Notes: generated by a model from the sequence alone, not told the origin. A DNA stretch of 64,000 nucleotides from Candidatus Poribacteria bacterium (GCA_965215015.1 OZ244042.1:3680001-3744000); one strand, 5' to 3'. Numbered from the stretch's first letter, positions 10,427 through 20,828 are shown. Program-made: numbers and translations.

Positions 10427-11287
10427 ATGACGCTCACAATTAGGAAACTCGAAGAACATATCGGGGCAGAAGTTCAAGGGGTTGATATAACCTCGCCCAT
10501 TGATGCCGAGATATTTGAACAACTTCGGCAAGCGCTGTGTGAATATGCGGTGCTCGTATTCCATGATCAGGACATCACGGACGAACAGCACGCCACGTTC
10601 AGCGAAGGGTTTGGCTCGCTCGAAATGACAATGGCAAATGACCCTATCGGCGATGGTGGACCAATCGGGATCATTTCTAACCTTGACGAAAATGGCGACA
10701 TCATTCCGCCGGGGGATCCGCGGACGTTGTATACCGTTGCCAACACGCTTTGGCATTCTGATGGCTCGTTCAAACGGGTGCCTTTGCGTGGCTCATTGCT
10801 CTCTGCCAAGATCGTGCCCCCCGAAGGGGGTGAAACTGAATTTGCCAGTCTTACCGCCGCCTATGCGACGCTTCCCGATCAGAGGAAAGCAGAGATAGAG
10901 GAACTGATTGCCGAACATAGCCTTGCAAACTCGCGGGCGCAGATCGCTCCGAACCTGATGAGCGAAGCGTTCCAGAAGGACACACCTCCGGTCAATCAAC
11001 GCTTGGTACGCACCATCCCCGAAACTGGAAAGAAAGCCCTTTTGGTCGGCTCGTACACCACCCGCGTTCATGGCTTGCCAATCGAACAAGGCAGAACCCT
11101 GTTGAGGGAGCTGCTCGAATGGTCAACTCAGCCGCAGCTTGTATATCGCCACACATGGCGGGTGAACGACCTGGTTGTGTATGACAACCGTTGCTGCCTA
11201 CACCGGGGACGGTCTTGGGACCGCGGAAAATACAAGCGCGTTCTACACCGCACGACCTTAGCCGGTGACGGTCCCACAGTTGAATGA
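10427..11287 (+). CDS. TauD/TfdA family 2OG-dependent dioxygenase
   Basis: IGAEV.GVD, WHSDGS (HxD), GGETEFA, H.W...D.V.YDNRC.LHR. Confidence 0.92.
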   Translation: MTLTIRKLEEHIGAEVQGVDITSPIDAEIFEQLRQALCEYAVLVFHDQDITDEQHATFSEGFGSLEMTMANDPIGDGGPIGIISNLDENGDIIPPGDPRTLYTVANTLWHSDGSFKRVPLRGSLLSAKIVPPEGGETEFASLTAAYATLPDQRKAEIEELIAEHSLANSRAQIAPNLMSEAFQKDTPPVNQRLVRTIPETGKKALLVGSYTTRVHGLPIEQGRTLLRELLEWSTQPQLVYRHTWRVNDLVVYDNRCCLHRGRSWDRGKYKRVLHRTTLAGDGPTVE

Positions 11288-11307
11288 GATCAAACCAAAG
11301 CCTCATT

Positions 11308-11577
11308 TCACGGAGAACGTTGCGGCACAATTTGAACCTCGGATCGTACGATTCGATTGCCGCCCTCCTGATAGGCGTCAAACGTTCCCTCCTGATAGAC
11401 AACCCCAAACCTTGACTCCAGGTGTGGTCCTTCCCTGTATGTCATGTACCAATTCCCGTTTTTGGATTTATATAGAAAGGGAAAGTGTAATTGCTCGTCC
11501 GGGATACCGTACAATCCTGAATTTGATAGCAGCACATCGCGCCTGACTAGCTCAATTGTGCCTTCTATACCACTCAT
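11308..11577 (-). pseudogene. Internally deleted remnant of a probable sialidase/BNR-like protein
   Basis: HFPFLYKSKNGNWYMTYREG.H resembles the first blade of BNR/sialidase propellers and joins directly to a C-terminal-like VVYQEG...IVRSEV segment; has an RBS and its own promoter but is only 89 aa. Confidence 0.45.
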
Positions 11578-11632
11578 CGGTACCCTCTTCAGTCTTCATA
11601 TCTTGCCCCTATTCTGGAAAGATACAAGTGCC

Positions 11633-11661
11633 ATTTTACTCATTTTCCACGTCCTCGTCAA
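11633..11661 (-). promoter_or_regulatory. Sigma70-type promoter
   Basis: TTGACG-N17-TAAAAT upstream of the 11577 start. Confidence 0.6.
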
Positions 11662-11795
11662 TAAAAATCTCGGACCGATTCGGAGAATCGCATCTGTTAT
11701 AGGAATTGGCAGTTGAGCAATCAGAACGATGGGCTAAGCCCCGTCGTAGCGCAAGTTTGCTAACCTCAATTTCATCGAGGGCAGATTGCAGCGCA

Positions 11796-11889
11796 GAGGT
11801 ATTTTACCATATCTGACAACCCTTGCTCACATCTATACCTCTCAAAAACAACCAACATTACACCTCTCAAAAAAATGGAGGTAAGTCAG
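11796..11889 (-). mobile_element. Solo 94-bp copy of the IS4-like left end
   Basis: The reverse complement aligns without gaps to 3259-3352 (ctgacttacctccattttttt...ggtaaaatacctc). Confidence 0.85.
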
Positions 11890-12037
11890 CAATCTTTGTG
11901 CTTGATTTTTCTAGCGGATAATGCTACATTTGTGCCTGTCTTCAACTTGATTGGGGATCGGAGTCAAATCCGTGTCTTCACGGGAGGAACATCTTTTTAT
12001 ACATGACCTACTACGCTTGATACATGAGGGAGGAGAC

Positions 12038-13675
12038 ATGCAATCACCACACGGAATTAAATTTTCAGGATTTCGACCCTCTGCGATGGGCAGAAACGGC
12101 ATGGTAACATCGGGACACATGCTTGCATCACAGGCAGGGATTCAGGCAATCTCGGCAGGCGGGAATGCCGTTGATGCCGCTGTCGCAACGGCAGCAGCGT
12201 TGGGCGTCGTTGAACCGGCGGGATCCGGCGTCGGCGGGGATGGATTTATCCTGATTTACTGGGCGGAAACGGGTACGGTAACGGGGGTGAATGCGACAGG
12301 GCCCGCACCTTACGCAGCAACACGCGAATTGTACCTGCGGGAGGGCGGGATTCCGATGAAGGGCATCCGCAGCGTCTCCGTGCCCGGTATAGTCGATGGA
12401 TGGCTTAAAGCCCACGAGTGCTACGGCGCGCTTAAACTGGAGCAGGCATTTGAACCAGCAATTTCGCTCTGCGAAAACGGTTTTCCTATCAGCCACAATC
12501 TTGCCGGCGGGCTCAAAGGCGAAAATCCGCGCTTCGCTCACGACCCATACACGCGCCCGATATTTACCAATGACGGCAACCCACCTAAACCGGGAGAAGT
12601 CATCTACAACACGAATCTTGGGAGAACTTTGCGAAAAATCGCCAAGGATGGACGTGGGACCCTCTACGAAGGTGAAATTGCCAGAGCAATCGTGGAATTT
12701 AGCGAAAAATATAAGGGTTTGCTAACTGAGAAGGACCTCGCAGATTACCACGCCCGTTGGAGTGAGCCTATCCACACCAACTATCGGGGGTATGAGGTTT
12801 ATGAGATGCCACCCAATTCAAGTGGGCATATTTTATTGCAGGAATTAAACATTGTCGAACTGTTCGATCTGAAATCAATGGGCTGCAACACCGCTGAAAG
12901 CGTACACCTGATGGTTGAAGCGAAAAAACTCTCGTTTGCAGACCGGGAGAAATATATGGCAGATCCGGATTGGGTTGATGTTCCTATCAAAGGCATGTTG
13001 TCCAAAGATTACGCTAAAAAACAGGCCGAACGCATCGATCTCAACCGAGCGGCGACGGATGTTCCCGCTGGAGGGCCCGAACAATTTGAGGATACCACCT
13101 GTTTCTGTACGGCGGACGGGGCGGGAAATGCCGTCTGCGTGTTGCAAAGCATACAATCTGGATTCGGCTCAAGCCTCATCGCAGGAGACACAGGTATCTT
13201 GCTCAATAACCGAATGACGTATTGGCATCTTGAGGCAGACCATCCGAATTGCCTCATGCCCGGCAAGCGGGTCCGGCACACCATGAACCCTGTGATTGTA
13301 ACAAAAGAGGGCAAACCCTTCCTAATCTGTGGGACACCGGGCGCAGACACACAGGTACAAACCAACCTTCAGTTGATTACTCACGTCCTCGATTTCGGAA
13401 TGACGCCGCAGGAAGCTGTTGAAGCACCACGTTGGCGTAACCTCCAAAACCCGATGGAGTCAACCATACCGCACACCTGTGAGGACGCACTTCAGTTAGA
13501 AAGACGATTCCCGGAAGATGTCCGCAGCGAGCTCGCCCAACGAGGACATGAACTTCAGATTTTGGGGGATTGGGCTGGACCCGGCAGTGCACAGGCGATT
13601 CGGATTGATCCTGATTCAAAGGCACTCATCGGCGGATCGGACCCACGACGGGATGGTTATGCAGTGGGTTGGTAG
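12038..13675 (+). CDS. ggt: Gamma-glutamyltransferase
   Basis: GGNAVDAAVA, SGVGGDGF, SVSVPG.V.GW, DTT cleavage site, GFGS, PGKR.RHT, DPRRDG; start ATG 12038 after GGAGGAG. Confidence 0.95.
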   Translation: MQSPHGIKFSGFRPSAMGRNGMVTSGHMLASQAGIQAISAGGNAVDAAVATAAALGVVEPAGSGVGGDGFILIYWAETGTVTGVNATGPAPYAATRELYLREGGIPMKGIRSVSVPGIVDGWLKAHECYGALKLEQAFEPAISLCENGFPISHNLAGGLKGENPRFAHDPYTRPIFTNDGNPPKPGEVIYNTNLGRTLRKIAKDGRGTLYEGEIARAIVEFSEKYKGLLTEKDLADYHARWSEPIHTNYRGYEVYEMPPNSSGHILLQELNIVELFDLKSMGCNTAESVHLMVEAKKLSFADREKYMADPDWVDVPIKGMLSKDYAKKQAERIDLNRAATDVPAGGPEQFEDTTCFCTADGAGNAVCVLQSIQSGFGSSLIAGDTGILLNNRMTYWHLEADHPNCLMPGKRVRHTMNPVIVTKEGKPFLICGTPGADTQVQTNLQLITHVLDFGMTPQEAVEAPRWRNLQNPMESTIPHTCEDALQLERRFPEDVRSELAQRGHELQILGDWAGPGSAQAIRIDPDSKALIGGSDPRRDGYAVGW

Positions 13676-13751
13676 GAGGAACAAATGTAGGGGCAGATCT
13701 TGTCCCTACCTAGCTGCAATCTGTCAAATATCAACAAAACCGAGATAACCT

Positions 13752-13775
13752 GTAGATCGAGCTTCCATACTCGAT
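13752..13775. repeat. GTAG-tagged REP-like palindrome
   Basis: gtagatcgagcttccatactcgat; reverse-complement homologue at about 17615-17640. Other GTAG palindromes at about 11746, 13687, 33523, 35775, 35846 and 46887. Confidence 0.6.
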
Positions 13776-13852
13776 ACCCAAATGTCAATGGACCCTAACC
13801 GCATCACACCGTAATTGTACCTTGCGGACATTATAAAACCGGAGCCCGAACC

Positions 13853-15775
13853 ATGAAGATTTTTGTGCCAGGCCGCATCTGCCTCTTTGGTGAACATACC
13901 GATTGGGCGGGCGGCTACCGTCGCACTAATGCCGATTTAGAAAAGGGGTACGCAATCATCGCCAGTACGAATCAGGGGCTTTATGCCGAGGTCAATTCCC
14001 ACCCAACCAAACTGATTCTACGAACGACACTAAGCGATGGCACACGCATCGAACCTTTTGAAGTCCCCATGGAAAGCGAGGCTCTTCTCACTGAAGCAGA
14101 AAACGGCAGCTTCTTCAGTTATGCCGCCGGGGTTGCTTACCAGATTCTGACCCATTATCAGGTGCATGGGCTTGAAATTAATAATTATCTGACCGACCTT
14201 CCTGCAAAGAAAGGGCTTGCGTCCAGTGCTGCAACCTGTGTTCTTGTTGCCCGCGCATTCAATCGGATTTATGATTTGAAGATGACCGTCCGCGGCGAAA
14301 TGGAATACGCTTACATCGGCGAAATTACCACCCCGTCCCGCTGTGGGCGGATGGATCAAGGCTGCGCTTACGGAAATCGCCCCATTATGATGACCTTTGA
14401 CAGCGATCGGATTGATGTCCAAGAGATTAACGTGTCGAGAGACCTATACTTCGTCATCGTCGATCTGGGGGCAGGCAAGGATACAAGACAGATACTTAAC
14501 CGACTCAACCACTGTTACCCCTTTGCTGAAAATGAGATGCAAAGGAATGTTCAAAAATACCTCGGCCCAATCAGTACAAGGATAACACACGAAGCATACG
14601 AGGCATTACATCAAGGCGATGCCCTAAGGGTCGGGCAATTGATGAAAAAGGCGCAGGCGGAATTTGACAAGCACCTTCAACCTGCTTGTCCGTCGCAACT
14701 AACGGCACCTGTGCTGCATAAAGTTCTCAATTACGGACCTATCCAGCCATACATACTGGGGGGGAAAGGTGTCGGTTCGCAAGGAGATGGCACCGCACAA
14801 TTTATCGTCAAGGATCAGGAGAGCCAACACAAGGCAATCGAAATCATCGAGCGTGATCTGAAGATGTCCTGTCTGAAACTAGTTGTTCAGGCAGGGCGAC
14901 GTGTGCGAAAAGCGGTGATTCCTGCCGCCGGTTTTGGCACCCGTTTATTCCCAGCCTCCAAGGCGATAAAGAAGGAACTTTTCCCTATTATCGATCAGTC
15001 CGGCAAACCGAAGCCGGTCATCATGGCAATTGTCGAGGAAGCGATCAACGCTGGCATCGAGGAGGTTTGCCTTGTTGTGCAGCGCAGAGACCGGGAACTC
15101 TTTGAACAGTTTTTCAAGAACCCTCCGCTGATTGAGAATTTCAACAAGCTACCGCAGGAAGATCAGGAGTATTCCCAATACCTGATGGACTTAGGGAAGC
15201 GGATTGAGTTTGTGACTCAAGATGTTCAGGAGGGCTTTGGACACGCTGTTTTTTGCACGCGGGAATGGGTCAACGACGAGCCATTTTTGCTAATGCTGGG
15301 AGACCACCTCTATGCATCCGATAATAAGGTTTCGTGTGCACGGCAGATTTTAGACGTCTATAATCAAGTCGAGCATAGCGTGGTTGGGTTAAAAGCTACA
15401 CCTGCAGACCAACTTCACAACTTTGGTTGCGTAACCGGCACTTGGCAGAAATCAGACACAATTCTTTCAATAACAGAATTCTGTGAAAAACCCAGTGTCG
15501 AGTATGCCCGACAGCATCTTCATGTAGAGGGAATGGACGAAGATAACTTCCTGACTGTGTCCGGCATGTATGTATTGGTGCCAGAAATCTTCGACTACCT
15601 TGAAGAAAACATTACCCATAGCCTCCGGGAACGGGGTGAATTTCAGCTGACCTCCTGTCTAGACAAATTGCGGAAAGAGGATAACTTTTCCGGCTACGTT
15701 GTTAAAGGCAGATGCTTCGATATCGGTGTCCCGGAGGCGTATCGACAAGCAATGATTGATTATCGAAATGCCTGA
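13853..15775 (+). CDS. Fused GHMP sugar kinase / nucleotidyltransferase (GalU-like)
   Basis: N-terminal PGRICLFGEHTD, LPAKKGLASSAA, GRMDQ; C-terminal KAVIPAAGFGTRLFP...KEL.PI, Q..QEGFGHAV, LGD, EKP. Confidence 0.9.
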   Translation: MKIFVPGRICLFGEHTDWAGGYRRTNADLEKGYAIIASTNQGLYAEVNSHPTKLILRTTLSDGTRIEPFEVPMESEALLTEAENGSFFSYAAGVAYQILTHYQVHGLEINNYLTDLPAKKGLASSAATCVLVARAFNRIYDLKMTVRGEMEYAYIGEITTPSRCGRMDQGCAYGNRPIMMTFDSDRIDVQEINVSRDLYFVIVDLGAGKDTRQILNRLNHCYPFAENEMQRNVQKYLGPISTRITHEAYEALHQGDALRVGQLMKKAQAEFDKHLQPACPSQLTAPVLHKVLNYGPIQPYILGGKGVGSQGDGTAQFIVKDQESQHKAIEIIERDLKMSCLKLVVQAGRRVRKAVIPAAGFGTRLFPASKAIKKELFPIIDQSGKPKPVIMAIVEEAINAGIEEVCLVVQRRDRELFEQFFKNPPLIENFNKLPQEDQEYSQYLMDLGKRIEFVTQDVQEGFGHAVFCTREWVNDEPFLLMLGDHLYASDNKVSCARQILDVYNQVEHSVVGLKATPADQLHNFGCVTGTWQKSDTILSITEFCEKPSVEYARQHLHVEGMDEDNFLTVSGMYVLVPEIFDYLEENITHSLRERGEFQLTSCLDKLRKEDNFSGYVVKGRCFDIGVPEAYRQAMIDYRNA

Positions 15776-15935
15776 TTCAGAGGCAGACAATAAGAATAGA
15801 ATCGCCCAAATTGCTTTGAACTCTCGGCGAAGTCGTAGCCGGGTGGGATTGATCACTAGCAACTTTGGTTAAGATAACAGAAGGTAGAGATGCAGTGCGT
15901 TCTAACCCCGCATCTTTTCCCAGAAAGGAAGACCG

Positions 15936-16802
15936 ATGCTGACACTTGAATCGATTGATGATGGATTGGGCTTAACTTGGAATGGGCAGACGCTGCTCAA
16001 CTATCACTTCCAAACGGGTGGACAACGAACCTATTGGCAACCGCTTCGACTGCCGGACTCGCCGCCGCTCACAATGGACCAACCCGAAGATCATATCCAC
16101 CATCAGGGGATGTGGATCGCGTGGAAAAAGGTCAACGGTGTGAACTTCTGGGAACAACCGAAGCCGGGCGAAGCCCCCACAGGGTTCGGGAGAATTGCTC
16201 ACCAACGGTGCATAGAGCAGGCCGCCGATGTAGAGCGAGCCCAATTCACAGTCGAGAATGCCTGGATCGATTGGCAGAATGTGACCCATCTCACGGAGAT
16301 TCGTCGGACAACCGTGTTTCCGCCGAAAGCGGATCATTTGGTAGTTGATGTGCGATTCCAATTTCAACCCCATGGACGCGAGGTGACGTTAGATCTTAAT
16401 CGCGGAGAGCCCGGGCAGGGGGGATTGTTTTACAGCGGCTTGACTATTCGATTTGACAACGCACTCACGCCGGGGCGGTTGTTAGACAGCGAAGGACGCA
16501 CTGAACCGATGCACATCTTTGGGAGGCAGAGCCGGTGGTGCGGTTTCGCTGGAACACATGCGGAAGATGGCGATGTTTACGGGGCGACGATTATTGATCA
16601 TCCTTCCAACACGCGTTATCCAACGACGTGGTGGGTGCGGAACCGAGAGAACTACGGTATACTCCACCCGTCACCGGCTTATTATGAGCCGTTCCAGCTC
16701 ACACAAGACGAGCAACTTGAATTTCAGTATCGCGTTGTGCTCCACAAGGGCTATGTCAATCCAGATTTAATTGAGCACAAGGTTCAGGAACTCAGCGGTT
16801 AA
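15936..16802 (+). CDS. 'PmoA family'/DUF6807 soluble protein
   Basis: P.DH.HH.G.W.AW..VNGVNFW, YSGL..RF, DHPSN..YPT.W..R pattern; no membrane helices. Confidence 0.7.
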   Translation: MLTLESIDDGLGLTWNGQTLLNYHFQTGGQRTYWQPLRLPDSPPLTMDQPEDHIHHQGMWIAWKKVNGVNFWEQPKPGEAPTGFGRIAHQRCIEQAADVERAQFTVENAWIDWQNVTHLTEIRRTTVFPPKADHLVVDVRFQFQPHGREVTLDLNRGEPGQGGLFYSGLTIRFDNALTPGRLLDSEGRTEPMHIFGRQSRWCGFAGTHAEDGDVYGATIIDHPSNTRYPTTWWVRNRENYGILHPSPAYYEPFQLTQDEQLEFQYRVVLHKGYVNPDLIEHKVQELSG

Positions 16803-16851
16803 GCCACTTATTGAATTGATAAATCCACGTTTCAGAAACAACTTCTTTCTA

Positions 16852-16951
16852 TATTATAACCCAAGTTACTACTCATAGGAAACGCTGCAAACCGGGAATG
16901 GGACACACATATCGCCCGCTAGGACTTTAGGGGGCAACTCGGGTTATAATA
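16852..16951. mobile_element. 100-bp MITE-like element with 16-bp TIRs
   Basis: tattataacccaagtt ... aactcgggttataata (15/16 inverted match); the same terminus recurs at about 42171 (aataacccaagttg). Confidence 0.7.
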
Positions 16952-17002
16952 AAAGAACGAGGTGGAGAATCCACTTCTGATATTACCTTCTAGGAGGTTC
17001 GC

Positions 17003-17485
17003 ATGAAAATTGGTGTTTTTTCAGACACTCATGACAACGTTCCAATGGTCAAGAAAGCTGTCGAACTGTTCAACCGCGAAGGGGTTGAATTGGTCATACA
17101 TGCCGGCGATTTCATTGCACCATTCGTGGTAGCAGCGATGTCAGAACTCAGGTGTCGAGCCGTCGGCGTCTTCGGTAACAACGATGGAGAGCGGATCCGG
17201 CTCGCCAACCGATTTGAGGAAGTCGGTGAGATTCACCCCAATCTTGCAAGCGTAGAGGTCGGAGGGCGTAAGATCGCCGCAATGCACTACCCGGAGCTGG
17301 CCGAACCGATCGCGAAAAGCGGCGAGTACGACATTGTCATCTATGGACATACCCATGAGATCGATGTTCGTAACGAAGGTACACTCCTCCTGAACCCCGG
17401 CGAGACAGGGGGGTGGACAACCGGCAAATCCACAGTTGCCATTGTGGATCTGGATTCGTTGGAGGTTGAGATTCGGGATTTGTGA
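17003..17485 (+). CDS. YfcE/MJ0936-type metallophosphoesterase
   Basis: SDTHDN, HAGD, GNND, GHTH and NPG motifs. Confidence 0.92.
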   Translation: MKIGVFSDTHDNVPMVKKAVELFNREGVELVIHAGDFIAPFVVAAMSELRCRAVGVFGNNDGERIRLANRFEEVGEIHPNLASVEVGGRKIAAMHYPELAEPIAKSGEYDIVIYGHTHEIDVRNEGTLLLNPGETGGWTTGKSTVAIVDLDSLEVEIRDL

Positions 17486-17662
17486 AAGTGAGTTAATCCG
17501 GTAAAGGTGATGCACACAGCAGCACAGGTCATCTGTCAGGTGTATAACCCACACACTGTGAGGGACTCACCCAACGATTAGGTCGGCATCTTGCCCGCCC
17601 TATAGCCCAGTAGATGTCGAGTATCGAAACTAGATCTACAGGCTATCTGACAACTTGGTTAG

Positions 17663-18109
17663 TATAAACGTCCACTTGATCACACATTGCCAGCTGTGTT
17701 TTTATGGCCCCTGACAACCGGAAATGCAACGCTGCTATGTCGAGAACATAATGGCGAGAAATCCGGCAATTGGCCCTCAGCATACCACTCAGAAGACGAG
17801 TTAAAAGCTCTTGCTGTCCTGACAGGTATTCAATACGAAACACTTGCTGGGCCACCGCACTATAATCCTGAAGCGATTGAACGCCTCAAGAGCTCTGAAC
17901 AGGTCGATCTACTCTTGACAAAATACGCGGCCTATATGCCAGAAATTATCAAGCTACGCAATCGGGTTTTAGAACATGAAGGGGTTGATTTTTTTCAGTA
18001 TGCAACAACCATTTCGCCCGCTTGGATTCGTCAAGCCGATCAGCAGTATCAGCAAGGGCGGGATCGGTCCGTGGGCCCTAATACAAAACAAGATACTGAT
18101 GAGACGTAA
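17663..18109 (+). pseudogene. 5'-truncated HNH restriction endonuclease, SapI/BspQI-like C-terminus
   Basis: Reading upstream of the ORF gives KRPLDHTLPAVFLWPLTTGNATLLCREHNGEK (HNH motif) directly after a TAG at 17660; no start codon or RBS; convergent with the methyltransferase. Confidence 0.7.
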
Positions 18110-20759
18110 CTGTTCCCTTGTCGCGGAGGCCGTGAGATTCACAATGAGCGACACTCTCATCAAAAAGATCTGCTGAACGAAACCACCGTTTACCAAGTTG
18201 CTGTAAATGAGCAGCCATATCACACTTAATACTCTTGCCCAGATGCAGAACAACTACACCATGTGATTTAAGCCGTTCCCTGGCTTGGCGAAGAATCGGG
18301 ATATAAACATCAAAACTACTTTTCTGCTGTTCATCAACAAAAACTGATGGGCGAGCTTCAAAATCACGGGCAGACCACCCCGAAAACCAGAGCCGTAGCC
18401 AGTTCGCAAGGTAAAATCGGGTACTATCAAAGAAAGGGGGAGATGTGATAACTGCATCCAACTGATCAATCTCTAGAGGCCACCAGCGGGTTGCATCCTG
18501 GAAAAATATCTTGCCGGGACAGAAATCCATAGGCAAATCTGCCTCCAGCCCTCGCTCAACCTTCGCACGTAACCGACCAATCAGCGGGCGATATTCATAA
18601 GGACCAGTAGGTTTGTAGGGGGTCAGTGGATGAGAGCGGCGACTGAGGGCGTAGGGACGGTTGCCGTGTAAAATATGTAGCATTGAGGCAAATACAAATT
18701 GCTCTTCAGGTGTCTTTGGCGGGTGAACTTGAAAGTAACGGCGTGCCAAGATAATTTCGCTCAAGGTTTGGGCTTCATAATATTCGGCTATCTTGCCATT
18801 GAACCCCAAGTGATTCACTTCAGCAATCTCCGTATCTATAGTTGAGTGAGATCCAATAAAATCTTCCACCGCTCCAATAACTGTTGTACAACCGAAGGCC
18901 GTGGGGCGATGAACCTTTGCGCTAGCGATAGCAAACGCAGCAGGACTTATCTCAAAACCGTAGCCATGTTTCCCAGCGAGTGCCGCCTCAAATGGAATTG
19001 TGCCAACACCTGCAAAAGTATCTAGAACTCGTCCATCTGCTGGAACAAATGTCTCTACCAAATGGTGTGCAATAGCAGGTTTGAGCTTGCCGGGATAAGA
19101 GCATAGAGAGTGCCAAGCATGGCCCCAGTTCCGTTTTGTAAATGGCATTTTCTGGTGAGGGAGGTGCTGCTTGAAGCTGTTCCATTCGGTGTGCCAGGCC
19201 AGAATCCGTTTTAGTGGATTACATCTTGTCTGTTTGGAAGTATGCCTAAAAATAAGCAATGATTGTTTAAGCAACATCCCACCTCTGGATTTGCGTTCTC
19301 GTAGTCTCACAGAATCTTCTTGAACGAAACCGAGTTCACCCAAGCAGGCTGACAGCAATCTATCCACCGGAACATGAATACCTGCATAGCAAGAGTCACC
19401 GATATCAATCGCGACCGTTGCATCAGGGGTTAAGTGAGGACCAATTGATCGGAATATGTCCGTCATCTCGCTAAAATAACTGGCTACCATGCGAGGAATA
19501 CGGGAATCGTAGGCATTTTGTTCAAGTTTAGAAACAATTTTTTCAACATCTAACTGAGATTGCAAAAACGTCTTGGAAACAGTAACATCGTTGATACCAG
19601 CAGTTAAGGCTGCCTCACGAAATGTTCTCAAATCCTTCTTCTCTTTTAAGCAACGCAAGAACCATAATTCTATCTTTGTGTTGCGAAAATAGTTTGTCCC
19701 GTTGACATACGGAGGGCTTGTTATTACAGCATCAATATCGAGAGGAGATATGCTGTCTAACGATCGAGCGTTTTCACATATTAGTAGCGGCTCAGTCTTC
19801 AAGCCATCGACATCATCCCGGATATCATGAACAATCTGATCGATATTCTGGCGGATGCTTTCAACCAGTGGGACTGTTTGCCGCTCAAGCTCTGTAGCCG
19901 TTTTATATCTCAAGTCACCGGCTCGCTTCATTCGGGAGGCAGGTACAAGTGCCGATAAGGTTGCAACCGTAATTAAGTCTGCCAATATCGGATTCTCAAG
20001 ACCGACTTCGTCAATCCACGATTTGGCCCGTAAAACCTGGTCATAAACCGGTGCCTCAAAAAATAAACTATCACCAAAGGTTTGTATGTAGGTTTGTTGC
20101 AATATATAATCTCGGGGGAATTTTCCCAGGTTCTGTAGTGAGATTTTTGCTTGAGCGAGCACCTGAGCCAATGCGGCCCTTTGAGACCGCTTTAATCGTC
20201 TGACCCGTATTTTTGTTAAACTCATAAACTGCAAGACGGGATTTATTTCACAGAAATAGGCAGTTTTATTGAGTTGTGCTGCGGTGAAGGCGGTGGTTCC
20301 TGTTCCAGCAAATGGATCTAAAATGGTCCGCGCGTTCGGAGCGTACCTTTCCAAGATAGATTCCACAAATTGAGTGGAATACCCCTCTAAGTAGGAATAC
20401 CATCGAGCAAAGGGTTCTTTGCGTCCTCCTTTAAAGGTTACAGACACTGGATCAAATAATTCTGTGCTTGCATCAACCCCCGGTAGTTGAAGCTGAACAG
20501 CGTGCTCTCGAATGAGGTTTACCGTATGCTTTAATTGACGCAGACAATAAGTGTTTAGTGGCAAATCATCAGCTTCCGCTTTCGACACAAGGGCTTGATA
20601 GTCATCCCGTAGCAGCTGACGGAGTTCAGCACTGGAAAGATCCTTAACATACTTGTATAATTCATCTGTTTTCTTGCCAAATGCCAAGGTCAACGATTTT
20701 TTTTGAGATGTGTCCGCCGGATGTTCAGGAAAGTAAACAGCTTTATATTTTTGCGTCAT
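18078..20759 (-). CDS. Fused double amino (N4-C/N6-A) DNA methyltransferase of a Type IIS-like R-M system
   Basis: Two MTase modules: ILDPFAGTGTT...VITSPPY and YPGKLKP..VLDTFAGVGT...VITSPPF. Confidence 0.88.
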   Translation of the reverse strand: MTQKYKAVYFPEHPADTSQKKSLTLAFGKKTDELYKYVKDLSSAELRQLLRDDYQALVSKAEADDLPLNTYCLRQLKHTVNLIREHAVQLQLPGVDASTELFDPVSVTFKGGRKEPFARWYSYLEGYSTQFVESILERYAPNARTILDPFAGTGTTAFTAAQLNKTAYFCEINPVLQFMSLTKIRVRRLKRSQRAALAQVLAQAKISLQNLGKFPRDYILQQTYIQTFGDSLFFEAPVYDQVLRAKSWIDEVGLENPILADLITVATLSALVPASRMKRAGDLRYKTATELERQTVPLVESIRQNIDQIVHDIRDDVDGLKTEPLLICENARSLDSISPLDIDAVITSPPYVNGTNYFRNTKIELWFLRCLKEKKDLRTFREAALTAGINDVTVSKTFLQSQLDVEKIVSKLEQNAYDSRIPRMVASYFSEMTDIFRSIGPHLTPDATVAIDIGDSCYAGIHVPVDRLLSACLGELGFVQEDSVRLRERKSRGGMLLKQSLLIFRHTSKQTRCNPLKRILAWHTEWNSFKQHLPHQKMPFTKRNWGHAWHSLCSYPGKLKPAIAHHLVETFVPADGRVLDTFAGVGTIPFEAALAGKHGYGFEISPAAFAIASAKVHRPTAFGCTTVIGAVEDFIGSHSTIDTEIAEVNHLGFNGKIAEYYEAQTLSEIILARRYFQVHPPKTPEEQFVFASMLHILHGNRPYALSRRSHPLTPYKPTGPYEYRPLIGRLRAKVERGLEADLPMDFCPGKIFFQDATRWWPLEIDQLDAVITSPPFFDSTRFYLANWLRLWFSGWSARDFEARPSVFVDEQQKSSFDVYIPILRQARERLKSHGVVVLHLGKSIKCDMAAHLQQLGKRWFRSADLFDESVAHCESHGLRDKGTVTSHQYLVLY

Positions 20760-20786
20760 GATTTTATCCTCTGATATAACTTGTAT

Positions 20787-20815
20787 AAACTATCATACTA
20801 TGGTAGTTTTGTCAA
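20787..20815 (-). promoter_or_regulatory. MTase promoter with overlapping palindrome
   Basis: TTGACA-N17-TAGTTT with a TGn extension; spacer plus -10 form the palindrome aaactaccata-g-tatgatagttt. Confidence 0.55.
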
Positions 20816-20828
20816 GACGTTAATCAAT

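Noticed and set aside
15936-16802. Particulate methane monooxygenase suggested by the 'PmoA' family name
   Set aside because: The protein is soluble, lacks membrane helices, and there is no pmoB/pmoC; the family name is misleading.
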